Below, piece by piece: positions 54,774 through 64,000 of a stretch of 64,000 nt of DNA (the first letter of the stretch is position 1; each line of letters starts with the position of its first letter). Below the pieces are notes generated by a model that ran no database searches, was not told where the DNA came from, and was given only the letters and a program-made list of their open reading frames with translations. The stretch is from Moniliella sp. 'wahieum' (taxonomy: Eukaryota): NCBI GenBank assembly GCA_003971905.1, contig RSEE01000014.1, positions 372,001 to 436,000 on the forward strand, given 5' to 3'. Both the position numbers and the translations under genes were made by a program.

Positions 54774-57401
54774 ATGCCGTCCCACCGCATCAAGCACTTC
54801 CCAATGGTCAAAGAGCATGGCTCACCACTCAGCTCACCACCCTGGTTTCCCTCCCTGTTTCCACCTCCTCCTCCAACCCCGTTTTGCGCCAGCCGGCGCC
54901 CGACTTCCGCATGCTTGATCACCACGGCCAAGTCCACACCCTGCACTCCTATATCTCCCTGGGCAAGCCAGTGGTCCTCTTCTTCTACCCGCTCGGGCTC
55001 GCCCTTTTGTACCAAGCAGCTCGTGCCCTTCGCTCTATGCAGCTCGTCGCGCCTTCCTTCTCCTTCCGCCGTCACCCTCATCGGTGTTAACAAGACTCGC
55101 CCACCCGCATCGCCCAGTTTGTCCAGCAGCACAGCATTTCCTATCCGGTCCTCTCCGATGTCGACCGCACAGTACACAACGCCTACGGCGTAGGCACCAT
55201 CCTTATGGGCCTCATGAACCGTAAGTCACTACTCACTAGTCACTAGTCCTTCCCCTCCACCGGCACCCTGACCGACTGACCCTTCATGTTTCTGATTTGC
55301 CTTTGTTTGTTGCACCTGGAACGTTCAGAGCGCACCACCTTTGTGATTGACACACGGGGCATTGTTCGAGGCTCCGCAGAGGGTACATTCAATTACAAAG
55401 GTCACATCAAATACGTCGAGCGTTGGCTAGCTCGCATCAATGACGAAGAAGCATTCCTGTCTCAAGGTGGCCCAGCGGCCGAGTTGATCCAGCAGCGCTT
55501 TTTCGACACAGCCCCAAACCGTCCCGTCTCACCTCCGAGCCTCAGGATACACCATCAGAACCCGAGGGTTCACCCTTACCGGCAGCCGTCTACGCCGCCT
55601 CCCGGGTCGCCACTAGCTCAGGTCTCATTCGCCCGTCCCAGGCTGTGGTCAATGCTCTCCGCACCGACGTCTCAAATGAAAAACTGAACAGCTCCGGCCC
55701 TCTATCCAAGTTGGCTCCGTACCTGCGCTCACACACTCTTTACTCTCTCCGGAGCCGCCTGTGTACGAGAACGTGGACGAGAGATCCAATTCCACCTCCG
55801 TCGCTCCCTGGAACAATTCATCCTCCACCAGTCGTATCAGCCCCTCATCCAGTGAATGGCAAACTCACTACCAGAGTCAACCGCAGCGCAATTCCTATCC
55901 CGATCTGAATGCCCCATCACTTCTCCATGGCATGGGCTTAGAACCGGCAAGCCCCGAGGCGGTATATGGTAGCCCATTGCAGCAGACTCCATCAGCCCGA
56001 TCAAGCGGATGGGCCCCAAGCATCACGAGCCTCTTGGACGCAGACGCGCCCTCGCGTCCTCCAGCTGATGACTCGATCTCTGAACCGGATTCGCCCTTGG
56101 ACAAAAACCCTCCCATCGCGCGGCGGACTCGGCCATCCAACGTCGTCTCCACAAGAGGATATGAGGAGAACGAAAGTGCTTCCGACTCGGAATGGTCGAT
56201 CGCCAATGATTTTCCCAGCCCTGTACGTGATTCTGTTGCGGAAGACGCACCGATACCTCCAAAGGCACAGTCCATGGCTTTGGGCAGATATCCGTCACCC
56301 CACTTCTCTCTTCATACCTCTCGGTCGGACTCGAACCTACGCCGGTCCTCTAAGGGGCACAGTCGCAATGGCCCATGTATCGCCGGCTCCAGTACGCGAG
56401 CCAGCTTCAACTTGCCTTTACCTTACTCAGCCACGAAGGGGGGTGGAGAGGCGCACGAGAGTGTGCAATCCCCCAACCGGGTTCGGGTTCACCAAGGCCT
56501 TACAGAGCCTCCTGTTCCTTCACTTCCATCTGGTTTACCTCTTATACCTGAGCAACATGGCTTGACTACACCTGATCCGAGCAATGCGAATGGTCTTGTG
56601 CGCGTGGGTTCTACATCTATACCAACCGTCCCCCTCCGATTATGTCGGGCTTCAAACAACTTGGTCCCCATGCTGATTCAGTCAGTTCCGATTATCGCCC
56701 TTCTTCGTCACTCAGCGTTCCCAATCCCACTGGGTGCACAGGTGACCTTACCGTACCCGAGGACTCCGGAATGGTCCCAGCCATCGCTGCTTCTAACTTA
56801 TCGGTAATCGCACCGAGAAAACGCACTTCTGCCCCTGTACCTATGGCCCCTCCTCACCCCCAGCGCAGGAATCCCGCCCCAACCATTTAACCCCTACCTC
56901 TGTAGCGGCAAGTTCGTACCTTGAGCAACGCAGTTCTGGTGAAGTCACTCCTTCATTTCCCCCCTCGTTTTGCATACCCCGCTTCCATCTGAACGCGGTA
57001 GTGTCAACCAAGATGGCACGTATCCCCGCTCAGCCCCGTCGCGGCTACGTTCCGTTAAGTCCTACAACTCCTGGCCACGGAAACGCTTACGCCGGAACAC
57101 TTCCGCACCCGCGTGCGCTCCCGTCCCACTCGTAACAAAGGTATTAGTGCAACTCCTTCCTTCTCTACCGTGCCTGGATACCAGCATACAGTACTGCCGC
57201 CTCGGGAAACCAGGTCCCTCCCCCAACGCGGGGGTGGGTGCGCGTTGGGTACCCCCTTCCCGTGGCGGCTCCACGCCTTGGCCCTCCAACATTAGACGCC
57301 CCTTATTTTCCTTGGGCCTGGAGCATGCCCACTCGTCCCCCAACTTACTGGACTCGGGAAAACCGATTCGGGCTGCTCCTCTCGACAAACGACGGAAGTG
57401 A
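54774..57401 (+). CDS. BCP/PrxQ-type peroxiredoxin domain followed by a long Ser/Pro-rich extension
   Basis: QPAPDF, KPVVLFFYP, SPFCTKQ, YPVLSD....V..AYGV, intron 55221-55328, RTTFVID..GIVR, then low-complexity ORFs to 57401. Confidence 0.7.
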
Positions 57402-57869
57402 GGCCCACGTCGCTGCGTTACCCCCACTATTCTATAGAACCTGGGCATGATTCTTATATATGAGTTCCAAGATTCGTGTGTGTCTTCCTGTGCTGGCCTG
57501 TGGGTATATTGTGGGTACAGATATATTACCTCGTCCTTCCTGCCACGGTTTCCCGTCAACCAATCGTCAACGCATTCATGTGCGAGCGACAGCGGAGATG
57601 GCGTTGATATTGGCACGTCGACGAGATGGAAAACACAGTGAATGCGGTAAGCGTCAGACGAATGTGAAAATGGAGACGTTGTAGAACGCGGATGTACCCT
57701 TCTCCCTCCGGTAATCGGGAGAGCGGTGATACCAGTGATAGGTGGCAATATCGGAGAAGAAAGGATGTGGGATGGACTAAAAAGCTGTGGAGGCATGTCT
57801 CCTCCGCATGTCCACACTACAGCGTTGGCCAAACCCCATCACACTTCCGCTGTTTCTCCTAGAGGGAGA

Positions 57870-59800
57870 TCATCGATCAGTACCTAGATACTCAGTACAT
57901 CAGTAAGTACTGACTCACGAAAGAGGCACTTGTCACTCGTACCGATCACTAGGATCACGCGTCACTAGTCACTAGTCACTAGTCACTAGTCACTAGTCAC
58001 TAGTCACTTACAATCATTTTTTGTCGGAGGAACATGTGCAGCATCATGCATCACACATACGTGGGGAAAAGACGGCACCGCTAAACGCCAGAAAAAGGGA
58101 AGTGGAGACCTAAGCAACGGAGGACACGGTATATACTGCACACTCACAGTTAGTACTTAGTAGTCCTTGCATGCTGAGGGCGCTAAGGAATAGACGTCCA
58201 AAATGATTGCGTTCAGTTTGAACGCGTTCAATGTCAGCCACGGACAGGAGTTATCTAGTTATTGAACTCAAAATTAGCATCATGCAAAAGAGGAATACTT
58301 CGCAGTATCTTCCCGGTGCGACAAGAGTGCAATGGCCCCCGGAGTACCAATAACCGGATGTGACCTGTGTTGACAGCTTGGTCCGGCTATGTACGTGTAG
58401 CTCTCGCAGGCCACACGAAATGATCGAGATCGATCACGATCACCGAGTCTGATGGATTCAGGTGCGGCCGGTGGCCGGTGGAGGTGGGGGGAGAGAGGCA
58501 AGAAGCTCGGCCGAAAAGGGGCACAGGCACTGCAAATAAATAACCGTCGGCACGGAGATGCAGGGCCCCGATCACACAGGCACAGATAGTTCAGTGGCAC
58601 AGACACACACAGCCACCCACACGAAAGAGTGTCTCTGCGACATGTGGAGAGATGGCCGTACAATCTGCTTCTCCCAAAAATGACTTCGCGATTGGTACTC
58701 CCGAATACTCAGTACTCCGAACTCTTCACAGTTCAGAGTCTGAATACTCATCGAACTCATAATAGCTTCAAGCTCCTTCAAAAACGTTTCAGGTCCTTTT
58801 CAGGATCGGGGGATCGGTACTCAGTGACTATAGTGACTAGTGACTAGTGGCAAATGAAGAGCCGCGAACAGTTCCGTGACTTGTTACAACCAGATTGGCT
58901 GAGACTTGAGAAGACTTTTGAGAGTCTCTAAGATCTAAGATCTAACGTGGCATATGCCATGTGATGCGTGACACCTTAATATGGCCCTAGGCCTTAGATC
59001 TTAGATCTTATACAGCGCCTAAAGCCGTATTGAACAGTGCGCGTCACACACTGAGCAACTGCTGCCCAGGGTAACACTCGCCCCGTTCCATGTTGTGACG
59101 AGGCTTGGGGCCAGTGTATTTCCAAGCTACTGCACTGGCGGGGCCTTTCAAAGTGTGTGGGGCCCGCAAGCTTTTCAAGCTTCAGCGCGCTCAGCGCTTC
59201 AGCACTCCAATTTCGTCGACAACATTATACTGACACAAAAGAGTATAGTTTCTGACTTGGTAGTAGATAGTCGTACCCCCGTAGGATGGAGGCTGTAACC
59301 GTTGGCCAAACAGGGATGTTGGGGCGAGAACCACGCGGTTATATCTCATGCGTGTGGATAGTCGCGCCCAAAACCGGGGCCACTGTCACATATAGCTGCC
59401 TCAGGCATCACTAGCATCACTTAGTAGTACTGGCAATTGCAATGTGTGGTCTTGCGAAAATGGAAATGACGCCTCCCGGGTACGGCCTTTTGGTGGTGAA
59501 TGGAGAGTTGTGTGTGCAGTGCTTTTTGGCGACTGCGGAGTGTGTTGCAGTGTGCATGTTTTGCACATACTACGGACGAGAAGAGTCACTATTATAGTAC
59601 GATACTCACAGTCACTCTGTATATTGTCACTAAAAGGGGTTTCATCGCCACGAAACGCTCTTTGCAGGTCCTGTATTCATCGATGTGGACGTTCAACGCG
59701 TTCACCACACTTATTGCAAATTAACACTATTCCATGTGGCACATTGGGTCTCAGGCTGAGGCCTGAGGCTCAGGCCCCAGGCCTGACCTCAAGCCTCTCA
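57870..59800. repeat. Largest heptamer cluster, upstream of the aquaglyceroporin
   Basis: TCACGCG-(TCACTAG)x6 (57955-58003), TGACTAG x2 (~58834), TAAGATC x2 (58929-58942), TTAGATC x2 (58994-59007), TCAAGCT-TCA, TGAGGCC-TGAGGC-TCAGGCC (59757-59776). Confidence 0.85.
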
Positions 59801-60642
59801 GGGTAGTAAAATCCCCGTCGACATCATGCTTGAGGTATAGAGGAGAGGGAACGCAATAGCTGTGCAAGAGGCTTCTGCCGGAGTGATGGCCCGAGAACAA
59901 GGTATAGTACTATTACCTCTTCACTCCGAAGCACGCAGTATAAGGCATATCAATCCAGCTGTCCTCCAACCGTCGGTCCCTCAAAATTCATGTGCACTCT
60001 GGTACATGCAGTGCAGCTGTCTATACCGTTGTATATAGTGTCTCGCCTCACGCGTCGCATTAGCCCCCGCGATCACCCCACGTCTTTCCACAATGGTCAG
60101 AGTCGTGCTGTTATGCCGATAGGTGAGCTTTGGATAGGACACTCACTTCTGCCCGTTAAAGGAAGGAAGCAGTGAGACTCTTTTTTGTATCGGTATCGGC
60201 CGGTATAACGATAGGTAAGTGCGAACTGTGTCTTTGAGTCCAGAGGCTTTCCCTCTTTAAAGATTGCTCACATGCACCATAATGGATGAACACCAGGCGT
60301 GACTGTTGGTGGGTTTTGTGGTCAAGCTTCGCATGTTGTCTTGAGGAAATAGCACTGCCACACCCTGGCACAGACGGTCTGAACCATCAGAAGGAGCACT
60401 CACCCTTGTACTGTCGCCTGCAGCCAAGGATTGGTCATTGCCGGTCATGCAATCACAATGTTGTGTGGGCTACACAGAGGATAGCTTCATAATTCCAAGA
60501 AGAATCATCCTCGTCGGCTGGATGCCGCGATCAACATTAGTTGGACCTACTCAGTGAGATATAAAAGTAAACACAGCCAGCTCCCTCGTTTCTAATCTTC
60601 CCCATCCGATTTCCCCCAGCTCTTCGGCCGTGTTCTGCCAAG

Positions 60643-61875
60643 ATGTACGATTCGTCGGAAAACGAGCAGTTTCTCCACCAGCTGCAGGCCATGATCCGCA
60701 GCGAGGTGCAGCATGCCATGGACGAGTCTCAAGCAAAAACTATTAGCCAGCTTAAGGCCCACGGTGACAACTTCAACTTGCATCACGAGAAGGATGCTGT
60801 TGTGCTTGAACCTCGCAGTGCAGTCCGTGAAGACGGCGTGTTCACCGCTGAGCCGGCCATTGAAAACCAAGTCAACGATCACGCGCTTCACAACGAACGT
60901 CTGGTGTTTCCCAACCCGTGGGTGCGTATTCGCTGGCACTTGCGTGAACCATTTGCGGAGTGCATTGGCACCTTTATGCTTGTCTTCGGCACGGCGGTGA
61001 ACTGCCAAGTCAATGTTTCGGCGGCGTTGCTTGGTAACGACAGTGCCAAGGGCAACTGGCTTAGTGACTGCTTGCGTGGGGTGTGGGAATTGGCTTGGGT
61101 GCCTGGATGTCGGGTGGAATTACAGGTGGTCACATCAATCCCGGTACGTGAACTAAAACCACTTTATCGGAAGTTCATCAACTGACCTTTTTATCTTTAC
61201 TCTTATCCGCTTAGCCGTCACCCTCGCCATGGCTGTCTTTCGCAAGTTTCCCTGGAAAAAAGTACCTGTGTACTGGGCCGCACAAGTGATCGGTGGCATC
61301 CTCGCTGCTTTGGTCACCTACAGTATCTACTGCAACCCCATCCGGATGGTCGATCCAGAGCAGACGCAGAAGACGGCCTCGAACTTCGCCACATTCCCCG
61401 CGGGCAATTGGCTGGAGACGCCCAGCACGCGGATTAGTACTTGGTGGAACGAGTGCTTCGGCACGATGATTCTAATTATGACAGTCTTAGCTGTCGGTGA
61501 CTCCGCGAACAACGCGCCTCCCAATGGAATGGCGCCGTTGGTGCTTCTCTTCATGCTGGCCGGACTTGCCATGGCAATCGGATGGCAGACAGCGTTTGCG
61601 TTCAACCCAGCTCGCGACTTTGGCCCTCGTGTGGCAATGTGGATTGTGGGCTACCCCAAGCACGTCCTTTGGACTCGAGACGCGTGGTACTGGATCTGGA
61701 CCCCAATCATTGGTCCCTTGTCGGGTGGATTGTTTGGCGCTTTCATTTACGATGCTTCATCTACACTGGTTCCGAATCGTGGCTAAACGCTCCATGGTTT
61801 GGCCACACACTTCCTGAGGCCGCTTCCGATTTTACCGACCCTGAGACGCAGCAGGGGTCTTCCATTCAGAAGTAG
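60643..61875 (+). CDS. Aquaglyceroporin (MIP family, GlpF/Fps1-like)
   Basis: LREPFAECIGT, SGGITGGHINP|intron 61144-61214|AVT, FPWKKVP.Y, second NPA in AFNPARDFGPR, and W.PIIGP..GG..GAFIYD. Confidence 0.95.
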
Positions 61876-64000
61876 GACCATCAGATATTGATCCTCGCAC
61901 TAAGAAAACGCACCATCAATACTATCTCGCGGGTATATTGCCCCTCTTTTTCGCGTCTCATCACACTCGTCACTTGAACCTTCACTATCCTTCGCATGCA
62001 CTCATATGATGCGCCGTCTCGGGCGGTGGGGGCGCCCCCCCCCATTCCATTGCCTACATCATATTTGTGTGTGCTCGCTCTTTTGCATCCGCAACTTGGG
62101 GTATTGGTATGCCCTCTTTTGGGGGGATTATACGAGGCTGTGTAGGTATAATCCCCTCTCCGTATAGTCCTGTTGCTCCTCTCCCTATCATCGAAGAATT
62201 GTCGACCGTCCACACTTTTGAACCGCTGTTCTGGTAATTTTGCCCTTTTTGTATCTCATGGGCTTTTTATCAGCACTTGTTTTCGCTCCACCCCTTTGCC
62301 TCTTCCTGTCTCGTGCATGCCATGCCTTGCTTCTGGTCCAACGTCCCACACATTGAATCGTTTTAACGGAACTGTTATCGATATCATCTCTTTCTTCCGT
62401 GTTAGTAGCTCGTGACCTATACGCCTGCTGTGACCCGATTCCGACAAGTTGTCTCTGCTCCGGTCGCTTATGTGTCAGGCTCCTCTTTTCTTTTTTGGCA
62501 TATATTGCACCCGCACCCAGTCCACCTTTTTGGTGTATTGCATGAGGCGGCGCGGGAGCCTATTTTACCAATCATACACTCCATCCCCGACACCCACCTC
62601 CACAACGAGCCAACTGGAGGAAGAGGAGAAGGGACAAGACGCGGGAGCAACGAAGGCGTGCGTGTGACTGACACCGAGTGATGAGGCCGGGAGCATTCAT
62701 GGTAAGAGGATCAGGAATGGAGGTGGACGGCAGTGCAGGACTCGGGAAGACTGGTTTCGATGTTTGCGTACCCGAGGGTGGTACATGAGAGCACTGCGAC
62801 CCTTTGAAACGCCCTAGAAGGAGCTGCTTCGGCTGTTGGAACAAGCAGAAAATGCGACAAGCATGCCAAGTACCACGGACGCACCCAAGAATAACACTTC
62901 TTCACTCAGGTGATGACGAATGACCTCACGAGGATATGCTGTGCCACCAAGACACAGCGAGCAAGATGTTGGGCGCTGGAAAGAATAAAGGCTTGTCATT
63001 TTGTTAGAAGTGCTTTCCCTTTTGAAGAAGGAGGACCCACTCACTGTTTATCGAGCTTGAACACTACTGATGGATCAGAACGGGGCGAGAGACGAGGTGA
63101 GGCCTTTCAATTGGGGCGTCGGCTCCCACGGCAAGACTGTGTATGCATCGGAAAGAGCAGGACGAGCGTGCCCGTAGACGCAGAACTTGTTGAAAGGTTT
63201 TGGCCGGAAGGTAGCGATATGCAGAGACAAAGAGACAGGGTCGGAGAGGTCCTGTCACGGAACAAAATTCAACTTTTGTAGGATCGCAGCGGGTTCCGTA
63301 CTACAGACTTGGATACTGAAAGCTGGAGGGAGTGGATCGACGGCAAAGAATGTCTAGACGAGAGGATTCCGAAATAGGAAGAGGCGGTCGCTGAATCAAG
63401 TCGGTGGGGCTGCTGGTGAGCTATAGGGAGAGTAACGCGCGGGTGTTGTCTGGTGGGTCAACTAAGGATGGTTCTCGCGCGGATATGTTGCTACAAATTG
63501 ACCCGCTAATAAGAGGGAATGAACACAGAACATAGGGTATACACATGAACTTTAAGGAAGCAACATATTACAACGTACTCCAGGAAGGAATGAAGGCAAT
63601 GTGGTTCTCAAATGAAGGAGCACAAATCAAGAAGTAGGGATAGGTTTTCCCATGCTCGGTTGGGAACAGGAACAGAAAGTCAAACACGAAGAAGGCTCCA
63701 AGTAATGGGCAGATTCTATTACATCCCAGCAAGAACGACAAGGCATGGGGCTCATGAGGGGATAGTCTCACAGGAAACAACGAGACGCCTTGATCAGGAA
63801 ACTGTCGGACACAGCTCTGATCTCAAGGGATCTCAACTTAGAGCTCATTTGCGTTCAAAAGACCCACACCAAAAAGTTTTAAAGTAGACTAAAGTAGAAT
63901 AAAAAAAATCAGTACTATACGGACTCAAAGCTCCACGTACGAATCTCCTCAGCGGTACGAAAGGGACTCGATCTTGGTTGCACGGCGCTGAATGAAGGAG

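Noticed and set aside
57955..58010. CRISPR-like array
   Set aside because: Units are 7 bp with no spacers, there are no cas genes, and the context is eukaryotic.
62400..64000. Possible decayed gene or transposon at the window end
   Set aside because: No diagnostic motif or terminal repeat that I can identify.

Overview
Eukaryotic fungal genomic DNA, most likely a basidiomycete (inferred from GC-rich, intron-poor genes with GT-AG introns and CTRAC branch points, intron-containing tRNAs and a DUF6533-like membrane protein). About 20 protein genes are recognisable or probable: ferric reductase, Efm4-type methyltransferase, MutY, an esterase-like protein, a Hac1-type bZIP, a C2H2 transcription factor, Rat1/Xrn2, an RGG-LRR protein, DUF4202, a LisH/Flo8-like protein with a very long QA repeat, Pet100, Ost3/6, a RING-H2 protein, Rpl26, a BCP peroxiredoxin fusion and an aquaglyceroporin. 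There are also tRNA-Trp and tRNA-Asn genes, a decayed L1/Tx1-type LINE, two solo LTRs of one family and a Ty1/copia relic. Almost every gene carries single-base indels, including essential ones. This points to an unpolished assembly, so gene coordinates are approximate. Two signals stand out. (1) A window-wide grammar of 7-bp units, T-N-A plus a palindromic tetramer, is clustered upstream of genes and keeps its phase while the tetramer changes. (2) A predicted 19-nt Ire1-type unconventional intron in the bZIP gene joins two ORFs in frame.
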